A stretch of 64,000 nt of DNA, from assembly GCA_035606455.1 (NCBI GenBank), contig DATNFJ010000011.1, positions 2,034 through 66,033 on the forward strand, read 5' to 3'. The notes below the pieces were generated by a model. That model was not told where the DNA came from, searched no databases, and saw only the letters and a list, made by a program, of their open reading frames with translations. A program made the position numbers and the translations under genes. Below are positions 36,145 to 46,621 of this stretch, one piece after another. Numbering within the stretch: the stretch's first letter is position 1; every line of letters starts with the position of its first letter. Origin of the DNA: Sphingomicrobium sp. (GTDB lineage: Bacteria; Pseudomonadota; Alphaproteobacteria; Sphingomonadales; Sphingomonadaceae).

Positions 36145-38406
36145 ATGGATGCGCGTGCAGCCGACTCGGCGGTGACACTCAAACGGGACAACTGGCTCCA
36201 GCGCGAGCGCGCGAGCGGTCGGTTCTACGACCGGCTGATGGCGCTGCTCGGGCTGGTGCTTCTCGGCATGCTGGCGCTCAGCGCTTGGACTCTTAGCCGG
36301 AGCGCCGAGCCCGGCACCACGCTCAGGGCGCCCGTCATTGCACTTCTGCTGATCGCGATCCTGCTGCCGGCGATTGCGCTGATGGCTCTTTACGCACGTA
36401 AGGTCGCAGTTCAGCGAGCAGAGAGGGGAGGGCTCGGAAGCGGACGTCTGCACGTCCGGCTGGTCGCACTGTTCACTGCGATTGCAGCAGTCCCCACGGT
36501 TCTCGTCGCAATTTTTGCTTCCGTGCTGTTCCAGAGCGGGCTCGAGTTCTGGTTCTCCAATCGCGCGCGAAACATGCTCGAGAATACCGTTGAGGTCGCT
36601 CAAGGCGTCTACCGTTACGAGCTTGGGCAAGTCGGATCCCAAGCGGTCACAATGGCCACAAACATGTCCGATGGCCTCGCGAAAGTGCCAATCGACGATC
36701 CACAAGTCGGCGTGGCCTTGGCAGCTCAGACCTTTTACCGGTCGCTGAACGAAGGCGCGATCGTGAGAATCGCTCCGGGTCGGGACGTCCAGACATTCAG
36801 TTTGGCAAATGGCTATGTCGGGATGATCAATTCCGACCGCCTGCACGCCGCGAGTGCAGCTTTGGCCGCTTCTCCCCAAGATAACTATGTAGATGCGCGA
36901 ACACCCGGCCGCATCGCGGTATTGACGAAGCTGAACTACGGCGACGATTTCTACTTGTACGTCGCCCGAAAAGTGGACCCCGAAATCGCGGTCCAGACAA
37001 GCCGCGCGCACGACGTGGTCAATGACTATCACGCCCTCCTGAAGCGATCGCGGATTAATCAGCTGCGCTTCAACGCCGCCTTGCTCCTCGGTTCGCTCAT
37101 CATCGTCGCTCTGTCGATCCTCACCGCGCTCAAGCTCGCGGATCGGCTCGTCAGGCCTGTGGGTGAGCTGGTCAATGCCGCAGGCCGTATCGAGGCCGGC
37201 GATTTTTCGGCGCGCGTTCCGGTATCGAGCAGCGACGACGAGGTCCAGACGCTCGCCACCGCCTTCAACCAGATGACCGAGCGGCTCGAGGAGCAGACGA
37301 CGGAGCTCAAGACCGCGAACACGCAGATCGAGACGCGCCGCGCCTTTATCGAGGCGGTGCTGTCGAGCGTCACCGCGGGCGTGATCGCGCTGGATGCCCG
37401 CCACCACATCCTGCTGCTCAATCGCTCGGCCGAGACGCTTCTCGAGCATGGCGAGGGCATCGAGGGCAAGGCGCTCAGCACCGTTTCACCCGAGCTCGAA
37501 GAGTTCATGCGCGGGCAGCAGTCCGAGGCTAACGTGCTGATCGCCGCCGAGGGCGTCCAGCGAACCCTCGCGGTCAAGCGCGTGCGCTACCAGGACGGGT
37601 CGGTGCTCACCTTCGACGATATCACCGACCAGCTGACCGACCAGCGCCGCGCCGCCTGGTCCGACATCGCCCGGCGGATCGCCCACGAGATCAAGAACCC
37701 GCTGACCCCGATCCAGCTCGCCGCCGAGCGGCTGCAGCGCCGGTTCGGCGAAGAGATCGTGTCCGACAAGGAGACGTTCGAGCGCCTCACCGGCACGATC
37801 GTCCGCCAGGTCGGCGACCTCCGTCGAATGGTCGACGAATTCTCCAATTTCGCGCGCATGCCCAAGCCCGTGTTCCGGCAGGAGAATGTCCACGAGATCG
37901 CCCGCCAGGCGCTGTTCCTGCACGAGGTCGCGCATCCGGCGATCACCTTCACGCTCGAACCCCCAACCGGCGATTTTCCGATGGTCTGCGACCGGCGCCA
38001 GCTCGCGCAAGCGCTGACCAATGTCGTAAAGAATGCCGTGGAAGCCATTGAAAGCAGACGTAATCGCGGGGAGCACAGCCTCGCCGGCGATCGCGTCGAC
38101 CTGAAGGTGCATGAGCAGAACGGGCTGCTCGTCATCGACGTGCTCGACACCGGCGTGGGCCTTCCCGAGGACCGCGAGCGGCTGACCGAACCCTATATGA
38201 CGACCCGGGTCCGCGGCACGGGACTTGGCCTCGCGATCGTCAAGAAGATCGTCGAGGAACATATGGGCGAGATCGCCTTCCTCGACCGCCCCGGCGGCGG
38301 AACGCACGTCCGCATTTCCTTCGACGCCGCGAAGCTCGAAGCGCTCGGGAGCGACGAGGCTTCGCGGCCCAAACAAGAACAGGATGACGAGGATGAGGAT
38401 GCCTGA
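36145..38406 (+). CDS. ntrY: Sensor histidine kinase NtrY
   Basis: RLHVRLVALF, HAMP, AWSDIARRIAHEIKNPLTPIQL, EPYMTTR..GTGLGLAIV. Confidence 0.95.
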   Translation: MDARAADSAVTLKRDNWLQRERASGRFYDRLMALLGLVLLGMLALSAWTLSRSAEPGTTLRAPVIALLLIAILLPAIALMALYARKVAVQRAERGGLGSGRLHVRLVALFTAIAAVPTVLVAIFASVLFQSGLEFWFSNRARNMLENTVEVAQGVYRYELGQVGSQAVTMATNMSDGLAKVPIDDPQVGVALAAQTFYRSLNEGAIVRIAPGRDVQTFSLANGYVGMINSDRLHAASAALAASPQDNYVDARTPGRIAVLTKLNYGDDFYLYVARKVDPEIAVQTSRAHDVVNDYHALLKRSRINQLRFNAALLLGSLIIVALSILTALKLADRLVRPVGELVNAAGRIEAGDFSARVPVSSSDDEVQTLATAFNQMTERLEEQTTELKTANTQIETRRAFIEAVLSSVTAGVIALDARHHILLLNRSAETLLEHGEGIEGKALSTVSPELEEFMRGQQSEANVLIAAEGVQRTLAVKRVRYQDGSVLTFDDITDQLTDQRRAAWSDIARRIAHEIKNPLTPIQLAAERLQRRFGEEIVSDKETFERLTGTIVRQVGDLRRMVDEFSNFARMPKPVFRQENVHEIARQALFLHEVAHPAITFTLEPPTGDFPMVCDRRQLAQALTNVVKNAVEAIESRRNRGEHSLAGDRVDLKVHEQNGLLVIDVLDTGVGLPEDRERLTEPYMTTRVRGTGLGLAIVKKIVEEHMGEIAFLDRPGGGTHVRISFDAAKLEALGSDEASRPKQEQDDEDEDA

Positions 38407-39788
38407 TGGCGCTTGAAGTGCTGGTGGTGGACGACGAGGCCGACATTCGCGAGCTGGTCAGCGGCGTGCTCGAGGATGAGGGCTATGCGGTGCGCACCGC
38501 CGCGGACAGCACCCAGACGCTCGACGCGATCGAGGATCGAAGGCCCTCGATGGTGCTTCTCGATGTGTGGCTGCAGGGCTCGAAGCTCGACGGGCTCCAG
38601 CTGCTGCAGGAGATCAAGCAGCGCGATTCGACGATTCCGGTGTTGATGATCTCCGGCCACGGCAATCTCGACACCGCGGTCGCCGCAGTGAGGGAAGGGG
38701 CGATCGACTTCATCGAAAAGCCGTTCGAAGCGGAGCGGCTGCTCTACCTCGTGGACCGCGCGACCGAGACCGACCGCCTGCGCCGCGAGAACGAGACGCT
38801 CCGCCGCCAAACGGGCCAGGAAGACCAGCTCCACGGAAGCTCGGTCGCGATCAACACCGTCCGCGCGACCCTGAAGCGAGTCGCTCCGACCGGCAGCCGA
38901 GTGCTGATCTCGGGACCGCCTGGCGTCGGCAAGGAAATCGCCGCGCGCATGATCCACCAGTGGAGCCCGCGGGCGAAGGCGCCGTTCATCGTCCTTTCGG
39001 CGGCGATGATGAGTCCCGAGCGCGTCGAGGAGGAGCTATTCGGGAGCGAGGCCGAGGGAAGAATGCGCCCCGGTCTCCTCGAACATGCCCACGGCGGCAC
39101 CTTGTTCCTCGACGAGATCGCCGACATGCCGCCGACCACCCAGGCCAAGATCCTGCGGGTGCTCACCGACCAGAGCTATCACCGGGTAGGCGGGCAACGT
39201 CCGGTCAAGGTCGATGTGCGGGTCCTGTCCGCGACGTCACGCAACCTCCAGGAAGAGATCAACGACGGCCGCTTTCGCGAGGACTTGTTCTACCGGCTCA
39301 ATGTCGTCCCGGTGAAACTGCCTCCGCTTCGTGAGCGGCGCGAGGACATCCCTGAGCTGGTCAGCCACTTCCTGGCCCGCTACGCGGCCGAGCGACGGAT
39401 GTCGCCGCCGCGAATCTCGGAAGAGGCGATGGCCGCGCTCCAGGCCCACGACTGGCCGGGCAACGTCCGGCAGTTGCGGAACATCATCGAGCGCACGCTG
39501 ATCCTCGCGCCGGGAGACCGGGTCGCCTGCATCGAGGTCGACCTGCTGCCATCGGAAATCCTCGACAGTCACAATGTCATGGGCGGCGCAGCGACCGCCA
39601 TGGCGATCATGGGAAGCCCGCTTCGCGAGGCACGCGAATCCTTCGAACGCGAATATCTGAAGATCCAGATCCGGCGCTTTTCGGGCAACATCTCCCGCAC
39701 CGCATCGTTCATCGGGATGGAACGTTCGGCCCTGCACCGGAAGCTCAAGGCGTTGGGAATCGGGGAGAAGCGGGAGGGCGAGGAGTAG
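38406..39788 (+). CDS. ntrX: Response regulator NtrX (REC-AAA+-HTH)
   Basis: [43 protein letters not shown]; lacks GAFTGA as NtrX typically does. Confidence 0.95.
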   Translation: MALEVLVVDDEADIRELVSGVLEDEGYAVRTAADSTQTLDAIEDRRPSMVLLDVWLQGSKLDGLQLLQEIKQRDSTIPVLMISGHGNLDTAVAAVREGAIDFIEKPFEAERLLYLVDRATETDRLRRENETLRRQTGQEDQLHGSSVAINTVRATLKRVAPTGSRVLISGPPGVGKEIAARMIHQWSPRAKAPFIVLSAAMMSPERVEEELFGSEAEGRMRPGLLEHAHGGTLFLDEIADMPPTTQAKILRVLTDQSYHRVGGQRPVKVDVRVLSATSRNLQEEINDGRFREDLFYRLNVVPVKLPPLRERREDIPELVSHFLARYAAERRMSPPRISEEAMAALQAHDWPGNVRQLRNIIERTLILAPGDRVACIEVDLLPSEILDSHNVMGGAATAMAIMGSPLREARESFEREYLKIQIRRFSGNISRTASFIGMERSALHRKLKALGIGEKREGEE

Positions 39789-39800
39789 AGGTCGGCGACT

Positions 39801-40295
39801 ATGGCAGCTCGGTCGCTCAGTCTCCAGGACCATTTCCTGAACAGCGTCAGGCGCGCCAAGCTGCCCGTCACCATCTTCCTCGTCAAAGGCGTCAAGCTCC
39901 AGGGCGTGATCACCTGGTTCGACGCATTTTCGCTGCTGCTGAGGCGCGAGGGCACGTCGCAGCTCGTCTACAAGCATGCGATCTCGACCATCATGCCGGC
40001 CGAAACGCCGCCCCATCTTGTTGCCACGGTGCCATCCGCTCAGGGGGCGAAGCCGCAGCTCCAGGACGTGTTCCTTGCCGCGGCCGCGCGGGAAAGCGAG
40101 CCAATGACCCTGTTCCTTGTCAACGGCGTGATGCTTCAGGGGGCGGTCGCCTCCTTCGACCAGTTCAGCCTGTTGCTCGAACGCGGCGGGCAGGTGCAAC
40201 TCGTCTACAAGCATGCGATCTCGACGTTGCAGGCGGCGCATCCGCTCAAGCTCGGAAGCGGCGAGGACGGCGAAGAGCAAGGGACAGCCTCCTGA
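39801..40295 (+). CDS. hfq: RNA chaperone Hfq with two tandem Sm domains
   Basis: Two LQD.FL...LQG...FD.F...[10 protein letters not shown] units. Confidence 0.95.
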   Translation: MAARSLSLQDHFLNSVRRAKLPVTIFLVKGVKLQGVITWFDAFSLLLRREGTSQLVYKHAISTIMPAETPPHLVATVPSAQGAKPQLQDVFLAAAARESEPMTLFLVNGVMLQGAVASFDQFSLLLERGGQVQLVYKHAISTLQAAHPLKLGSGEDGEEQGTAS

Positions 40296-41599
40296 ACGCG
40301 TTCGACGGCAATGGTGCCATCGACGTCGCTCGCGGCGAGCGCGCGATCGTCGCGGTGCCGGAGCTTCCGCGCGAGGGTTCGCGGCGCTCGGCCGAGGCCC
40401 GCGTCGAGGAAGCGGAGGGGCTCGCGGAAGCAATCGGCATCGACGTCGTCGCGGCGCGGCCGCTCCGGATTCGAACGGTTCGGCCTGCAACCTTGCTCGG
40501 GAAGGGCCAGGCCGAGGAGCTCGCCGACATGGCGCGTGACAAAGGCGCCGGCCTGCTGATCGTGGATTCGGCGCTGACCCCGATCCAGCAGAAGAATTTG
40601 GAGGACGAGGTCGGGACGAAGGTGATCGACCGCACGGGGCTGATCCTCGAGATTTTCGGCGAGCGGGCGGCGACCGCCGAGGGACGCCTTCAGGTCGAGC
40701 TGGCGCATCTCGATTACCAGGCCGGCCGCCTGGTCAGAAGCTGGACCCACCTCGAGCGCCAGCGCGGCGGCTTCGGCTTCCTCGGCGGCCCTGGCGAGAC
40801 GCAGATCGAGGCGGACCGGCGGATGATCCGCGAGCGGATGGCGAAGATTCGCCGCGAGCTCGACCAGGTCAAAAGGACGCGCGGCCTGCACCGCGGCCGG
40901 CGCCAGCGCGCGCCTTGGCCGGTAGTCGCGCTGGTCGGCTATACGAACGCTGGTAAATCCACACTTTTCAACAGGCTGACGGGCGAAGCTGTGTTCGCGG
41001 AGAACCTGCTGTTCGCGACTCTCGACCCGACAATGCGCGACATCAGGTTGCCCGGCTTCGACAAGGTGATCCTGTCCGACACGGTCGGCTTCGTTTCTGA
41101 CCTGCCGACGGAGTTGATCGCCGCGTTCCGGGCGACGCTCGAGGAGGTCCGCGAGGCCGATCTGCTGGTCCACGTCCGTAACATGGCGCACCCCGACCGC
41201 GAGGCGCAGCGCGAGGATGTCGAGGATGTGCTGGCGGCGCTGGGCCTTGCCGAGGAGGGCGCGCCGCCGCGGATCGAGGCGTGGAACAAGATTGACCTGC
41301 TGTCAGCCGAAGACCAGCAGCGGCTCGGCGAGGAGGCCCGCCGGCGCGAAGACGTGGTCCCGATTTCCGCCGTTACCGGCGAGGGACTCGATGTGCTCCG
41401 CGATCGGATGTCCCAGCGCCTGAGGAGCGGGGAGCAGGTCCACCAGATCCGCCTCCCGGCAAGCGCGGGCGGCAAGATCGCCTGGCTTCATTCGCGCGGC
41501 GAGGTGATCCAGCAGCGGCTCGACCAGGACCAGGTCGAACTGTCGGTGCGGCTTTCGCCCGACAATTGGGCGCGGTTTCAAGCGATGGAGCTGTCCTGA
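40292..41599 (+). CDS. hflX: GTPase HflX (probable CTG start overlapping hfq stop)
   Basis: [36 protein letters not shown]. Confidence 0.96.
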   Translation: MNAFDGNGAIDVARGERAIVAVPELPREGSRRSAEARVEEAEGLAEAIGIDVVAARPLRIRTVRPATLLGKGQAEELADMARDKGAGLLIVDSALTPIQQKNLEDEVGTKVIDRTGLILEIFGERAATAEGRLQVELAHLDYQAGRLVRSWTHLERQRGGFGFLGGPGETQIEADRRMIRERMAKIRRELDQVKRTRGLHRGRRQRAPWPVVALVGYTNAGKSTLFNRLTGEAVFAENLLFATLDPTMRDIRLPGFDKVILSDTVGFVSDLPTELIAAFRATLEEVREADLLVHVRNMAHPDREAQREDVEDVLAALGLAEEGAPPRIEAWNKIDLLSAEDQQRLGEEARRREDVVPISAVTGEGLDVLRDRMSQRLRSGEQVHQIRLPASAGGKIAWLHSRGEVIQQRLDQDQVELSVRLSPDNWARFQAMELS

Positions 41600-42354
41600 G
41601 CCTTCTTGGCCGCGGCCCACAGCTGTTCCTTTTCGTCGAGGCTCATCTGCGCGAACCCGGGCGCCTTCTCGATCGCCCGGAACCGCCGCTCGAACTTGCA
41701 GTTCGCTTCGCGGAGCGCGGCTTCGGGTTCGATGTTGAGATGACGTGAGAGGTTGACGACGGCGAAAAGGAGGTCGCCGAGTTCCTCGAACATTCGCTGG
41801 TGGCCAGTCTCGGCGTCCAGTTCCGCAAGCTCCTCGTCGATCTTCGCGCGCGGTCCGGACTTGTCGGGCCAGTCGAAGCCGACGCGCGCTGCGCGCCGCT
41901 GCAGCTTGGCGGCGCGTTCGAGCGCCGGAAGCGCCAGCGCAACGCCGGCCAACGCACTGTTGTCAGGCGATTTTTCGCGCTCGGCTGCCTTCAGTTCCTC
42001 CCAGCCGGGGCTGTGTGTCGCATCGCCGAAGATGTGGGGGTGGCGGCGCTCGAGCTTGTCGCAGATGCGGCCGATCACGTCGTCCAGGCTGAACGCGCCG
42101 GCTTCCTCGGCCATTTGGGCATGGAACACGACCTGGAGCTGGAGATCGCCGAGCTCGTCGGCGAGCGCGTCCAGGTCATCGCGGGCGATCGCGTCGGCGA
42201 CCTCGTAGGCTTCCTCGATCGTATAGGGGGCGATTGTCGCGAAGGTCTGCTCGCGATCCCATTCGCAGCCGCGCTCCGGATCGCGCAGCCGGCGCATGAT
42301 CGCAACCAGGCGCTCAAGCGGCACGAGGGGCCCCCGCGTTCGTGCAATCTGCAA
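41578..42354 (-). CDS. mazG: Nucleoside triphosphate pyrophosphohydrolase MazG (start may be GTG 42324)
   Basis: LRDPERGCEWD, EEAYEV, DELGDL, RRHPHIF, VGFDW. Confidence 0.95.
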   Translation of the reverse strand: MQIARTRGPLVPLERLVAIMRRLRDPERGCEWDREQTFATIAPYTIEEAYEVADAIARDDLDALADELGDLQLQVVFHAQMAEEAGAFSLDDVIGRICDKLERRHPHIFGDATHSPGWEELKAAEREKSPDNSALAGVALALPALERAAKLQRRAARVGFDWPDKSGPRAKIDEELAELDAETGHQRMFEELGDLLFAVVNLSRHLNIEPEAALREANCKFERRFRAIEKAPGFAQMSLDEKEQLWAAAKKAQDSSIA

Positions 42355-42390
42355 GTATGATAATATGCATTATGTAAAATAGTAGAGAGA

Positions 42391-42978
42391 TCAGGACACG
42401 AGGATCAGCCAGCGGCCTTCGACGCCCCACCGGCTCAGCGACGAGAGATAATTCATCCCGAGCACGTTGAGATCGTCGTTCTCCGCTATCTGCAGCCCGA
42501 CGTCGCGGCGGACGATGCTGCCGACGCGGAGCTCGTCCGCCCTGCCGCTCGAGACCCGGATGATGCCGTTCCCCGTGCGCACAAACTCGTCGGCCTTGGG
42601 CGAAACATGCACCCCGGCCTCATTGGCGGTATCCCGGTCGATCGTCGTCATCGTCGCTCCGCTGTCGACCAGGAACTTGACGTCACGCCCGTTGAGCTGC
42701 GCGTGGACCCAGAAATGGCCGTCGATCGCCATCGGGATGCGGGTTTCGCGTCCTTCGCTTACGGGAGAGCCCACCGCTTCGGCCTTGAGACGTTGAGCGA
42801 GATAGCCGAAGTCGTCGCGGAACGTGAACAGGATGAAGCCTGCAGCGAAGATGACGGTCCAGGTAAGCGCGGTGGTGACCATCTTCGCCAGCGGCTCGCG
42901 CCTCGCCATCAGCGAGCCGAGCACGAGCATGATCGCCATCAGGATGTAGACGCCACCGAGCATCAGGTCGTTGGTCAT
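42391..42978 (-). CDS. TIGR02281-type retropepsin-like aspartic protease
   Basis: 2 TM, DGHFWV, FLVDSGAT, VLGMNYL. Confidence 0.92.
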   Translation of the reverse strand: MTNDLMLGGVYILMAIMLVLGSLMARREPLAKMVTTALTWTVIFAAGFILFTFRDDFGYLAQRLKAEAVGSPVSEGRETRIPMAIDGHFWVHAQLNGRDVKFLVDSGATMTTIDRDTANEAGVHVSPKADEFVRTGNGIIRVSSGRADELRVGSIVRRDVGLQIAENDDLNVLGMNYLSSLSRWGVEGRWLILVS

Positions 42979-43559
42979 CACTCGCTCAGCACCAGATAAT
43001 TGCCCTCGACTCGCCAACTCTTGAGCGACGAAAGAAAATTCATCCCCAGAACATTGGTTTGGTCGCGGTCGTTGATATCAACGGGAAAGTCTGTTCGGCT
43101 GATCGATTCGACATCGAGCCTGTCGGCATAGGCCTCCGTCGCCGGAGCCGGGCCGTTGGCCGTGTCCACCACGATTTGCTGCCCGCTGTCGGGCACCCGC
43201 GCCTGCTGGGCCAGCGCTCTCGATATCGTCGTTGTCGAAGCGCCGCTGTCGATCAGGAAATGCGCGGATTGCCCATTCACCTTGGCATCGGCCCAGAAAT
43301 GGCCGTCATCGCTGATCGGGATGCGCACTTCGCCGCCCTCGACGATCGCAGAGCCCAGCGCTTCCGCCTTCAGCCGGCCGCCGATAGCGGAGAAGTCGCT
43401 CCTGAAGGCGAAGACGGCAAAGGCCGCGCCGAAGATCAACACCCAGGCCAGCGCCATCTTGAGCGCTTTTCCGAGCGGCAGCTTCATTGCGATGACCGAG
43501 CTCAGCACAAGCACGATGGCCATCGCATAATAGACAGCATCGCCCGCGCGGTCCGTCAT
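42978..43559 (-). CDS. TIGR02281-type aspartic protease, tandem paralog
   Basis: 2 TM, DGHFWA, FLIDSGAS, VLGMNFL. Confidence 0.92.
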   Translation of the reverse strand: MTDRAGDAVYYAMAIVLVLSSVIAMKLPLGKALKMALAWVLIFGAAFAVFAFRSDFSAIGGRLKAEALGSAIVEGGEVRIPISDDGHFWADAKVNGQSAHFLIDSGASTTTISRALAQQARVPDSGQQIVVDTANGPAPATEAYADRLDVESISRTDFPVDINDRDQTNVLGMNFLSSLKSWRVEGNYLVLSE

Positions 43560-44323
43560 TGAAGTTCGATCTCCAGCCCGTCGTACGCCGGCGCGGCCCA
43601 GTCGGGCAGCTCGGCCACCAGCGTTCGATAATCCAGGCCGTTGCCCATGTGAACGAGATAGAGCTGGCCGACCCCCAAGTCCCTCGCCCAGCCGAGGACG
43701 CCGTCGAGATGTGCATGGGTCGGGTGCGGGCGCCTGGTCAGGCAATCGGCGATCCACACGTCGACACCCCGGTAAAGCGCGGCCATTTCCTCGGTCAAAT
43801 CGCTGAAATCGATGGCATAGCCGACGGATCGGTGCGACTCGCCAAAGCACAAGCCAAGCGACGTGGGACCGCCGTGCGGCTGATCCACGAACCGAACGGT
43901 CGTGTCGCCGAAGCGCAGATCGGCGCCAAGCTCTCGCGCCTCGACGATCGGCCGGTAGAAATCCGATTGCTCAAACGCATAGCCGAACCGCTCCTGAAGC
44001 TCTCGAAGCACGTCTGCGCGCGCGTGGAGCGGAACCGGCCGGTCGAGGGCTTGCGAAACAGGCCTGAGTTCGTCGATGCCGTGGCAGTGATCGCCGTGCG
44101 CGTGGGTGACGATTATTCCATCGAGCCTGTTCACATCGGCCGTAAGCAGCTGCTGGCGAAGGTCGGGGCCGCAATCGACCAGCATCCGCTCGCCAGCGCT
44201 TTGGACCAGGATCGACGTCCTCAGCCGATAGTTGCGCGGCTCGTGCGGGTCGCACTGGCCCCATTCGTTGCCGATCTTCGGAACGCCGGTCGAAGTTCCG
44301 CAGCCGAGAATCCGAACTTTCAC
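43556..44323 (-). CDS. PhnP-like MBL-fold metallohydrolase
   Basis: LGCGTSTGVP, THAHGDHCHG. Confidence 0.93.
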   Translation of the reverse strand: MKVRILGCGTSTGVPKIGNEWGQCDPHEPRNYRLRTSILVQSAGERMLVDCGPDLRQQLLTADVNRLDGIIVTHAHGDHCHGIDELRPVSQALDRPVPLHARADVLRELQERFGYAFEQSDFYRPIVEARELGADLRFGDTTVRFVDQPHGGPTSLGLCFGESHRSVGYAIDFSDLTEEMAALYRGVDVWIADCLTRRPHPTHAHLDGVLGWARDLGVGQLYLVHMGNGLDYRTLVAELPDWAAPAYDGLEIELQ

Positions 44324-45096
44324 GCGGCTTTCTTGAATAGCCTGAAGAAGTTTGCCGTGGTCGCCTCTGCCAGCTCCTCAGGGTCCTCTGCCCTCAACTG
44401 GGCCACGAAGCTGGCGGTGTCTGCGACGAAGGCCGGTTCGCACTTCTGGCCGCGGTGCGGGACGGGCGCGAGGAAGGGAGAATCCGTCTCGACCAGCATC
44501 TGGTCCGCCGGCAGCCATCTGGCCGTCGCCTGCAGGTCCTGGGCATTCTTGAAGGTGACGATTCCGGAGAGCGACACATAGAAGCCGAGATCGAGCCCCT
44601 TTCGCGCAAGCGCGGCGGAGCCGGTGAAGCAATGGAGCACGCCGGTGATACCCCCCCTCTTCACCGCCGTTTCGAGGATCTCCGCCGTGTCCTGCTCGGC
44701 GTCGCGCGTGTGGACGACAAGCGGCAATCCCGTTTCGCGCGCCGCGTCGATGTGCGCCTGGAAGCGCTCGCGCTGCGCCGCGCGGTCGGATTTGTCGTAA
44801 TAATAATCAAGGCCGCATTCGCCGATCGCGATCACGCGCGGGTGGTCCGTCCCCTCGACCAGTGCCGCGGCGCCGAGGTCGGGATGCGCATCGGCCTCGT
44901 GCGGATGGACTCCGATGCTCGCCCAGACATCCGGCTCGCGCTCGGCGACGGCGACGATGTCGCCCCATTCGCGCTGCCGCGTGGAGATGTTGAGGAAGCC
45001 GGAAACGCCGCGTTGCCGGGCGTTTTGAAGCACTTCGGCCTGGCGCTCGACCAGACCTTCGTAATTGAGGTGGCAGTGGCTGTCGATCAGCCTCAT
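44320..45096 (-). CDS. tatD: TatD family DNase
   Basis: DSHCHL, GVHPH, GECGLDY, HCF, ETDSPFLAP. Confidence 0.95.
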   Translation of the reverse strand: MRLIDSHCHLNYEGLVERQAEVLQNARQRGVSGFLNISTRQREWGDIVAVAEREPDVWASIGVHPHEADAHPDLGAAALVEGTDHPRVIAIGECGLDYYYDKSDRAAQRERFQAHIDAARETGLPLVVHTRDAEQDTAEILETAVKRGGITGVLHCFTGSAALARKGLDLGFYVSLSGIVTFKNAQDLQATARWLPADQMLVETDSPFLAPVPHRGQKCEPAFVADTASFVAQLRAEDPEELAEATTANFFRLFKKAA

Positions 45097-46598
45097 GCCG
45101 CTTCCTCCTCTTCGAGCTCGAGCCGCGGGAAGAGCGGCGTTGGCTGCGCAATCGGCGTCCCCCCCTTGCCCGAATCAATCAGCGTGAGGAGCCTGTCGGC
45201 GGACGCGGGAATGATCGGAGCGATCGCCTGAGTCAGCTGGCGCACAGCCACCACGAGCGTGCCAAGCACCGCGGCCATCCGCTCGGGATCGGTCTTGCGA
45301 AGCGCCCACGGCGCCTGGGTGTCGACATAGGCATTGCAGGCGAACACGGCGCGCAGCCAGGCCTCAATGCCGACCGAGAACGCGAAGCGGTCGAATGCTT
45401 CCGGCACTTCCTCGTTCGCCGCCTCGCCCACCTCGGCGAGCAGCGCCTCGTCCTCCTTGGCATTTCCGGGATCAGGAAGAACGCCGTCCAGATTCTTGTA
45501 AATCATGGACAATGTACGCTGCGCGAGATTGCCGAAGCTGTTGGCGAGCTCGGCATTCGCACGGTTGACGATCGCTTCGGCGCTGTAGCTGCCGTCCTGC
45601 CCGAAAGGCACCTCGCGAAGCAGGAAATAGCGCAGTGCGTCGACGCCGAACCGCTCGGCGAGGACCATCGGGTCGACGACGTTGCCGACGCTTTTCGACA
45701 TCTTCTCGCCTCGGCTGAGCAGGAACCCGTGGCCGTACACCTGCTTCGGAAGCGCGATCCCGGCGCTCATCAGGAAGGCCGGCCAATAGACCGCGTGGAA
45801 ACGGACGACGTCCTTGCCGATCACGTGGACGTCCGCCGGCCAATAGCGGCGCCACAGCTCCGTATCGTCGGGATAGCCCAGCCCGGTGATGTAGTTGGTG
45901 AGAGCGTCGAGCCACACGTACATCACGTGACTGTCGCTGCCGGGCACGGGCACACCCCAGTCGAAGCTGGTGCGCGAGATGCTGAGATCCTTGAGGCCGC
46001 CCTCGACGAAGCGGACCACTTCGTTGCGGCGGCTCTCCGGCCGGATGAACTCCGGGTGCGCCGCATAATGATCGAGCAGCGCCTGCTGGTACTTGGCCAG
46101 GCGGAAGAACCAGCTCTCCTCGACCGTCCATTCTACCGGCGTTCCCTGCGGCGACAGCTTCTCGCCGCCCTCGCCTTCGACCAGCTCCTCTTCCTCGTAA
46201 TAGGCTTCGTCGCGGACCGAATACCAACCCTCGTAGCGGTCCAGGTAGAGGTCTCCCCTCTCCTCCATCGCAGTCCAGATTGCCTGGCTGGCGCGATAAT
46301 GGTCGGGCTGCGACGTTCGGATGAAGCGATCGTATGAAACGTTAAGAGCATCGCACATGTTCTGGAAAAGGCGCGACATCTTGTCTGCGAGCGCACGCGG
46401 CTCGATACCTTCGCCGCGCGCCGCCTGGGCCATTTTCAGCCCGTGCTCGTCGGTCCCGGTCTGGAAGCGCACGTCGCGACCCCGGCTGCGCTGGAAGCGC
46501 GCGATCGCATCGGCCGCGATCGCTTCATAGGCGTGGCCGATGTGCGGCGGGCCGTTGGGATAGCTGATGGCCGTCGTGATGTAGAAGGGCTCGCCCAT
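45093..46598 (-). CDS. metG: Methionine-tRNA ligase (short form)
   Basis: YPNGPPHIGH, GTDEHG, YVWLDAL, KMSKS. Confidence 0.98.
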   Translation of the reverse strand: MGEPFYITTAISYPNGPPHIGHAYEAIAADAIARFQRSRGRDVRFQTGTDEHGLKMAQAARGEGIEPRALADKMSRLFQNMCDALNVSYDRFIRTSQPDHYRASQAIWTAMEERGDLYLDRYEGWYSVRDEAYYEEEELVEGEGGEKLSPQGTPVEWTVEESWFFRLAKYQQALLDHYAAHPEFIRPESRRNEVVRFVEGGLKDLSISRTSFDWGVPVPGSDSHVMYVWLDALTNYITGLGYPDDTELWRRYWPADVHVIGKDVVRFHAVYWPAFLMSAGIALPKQVYGHGFLLSRGEKMSKSVGNVVDPMVLAERFGVDALRYFLLREVPFGQDGSYSAEAIVNRANAELANSFGNLAQRTLSMIYKNLDGVLPDPGNAKEDEALLAEVGEAANEEVPEAFDRFAFSVGIEAWLRAVFACNAYVDTQAPWALRKTDPERMAAVLGTLVVAVRQLTQAIAPIIPASADRLLTLIDSGKGGTPIAQPTPLFPRLELEEEEAA

Positions 46599-46621
46599 GG
46601 CGACGCCCTAGCCGCCCGACC

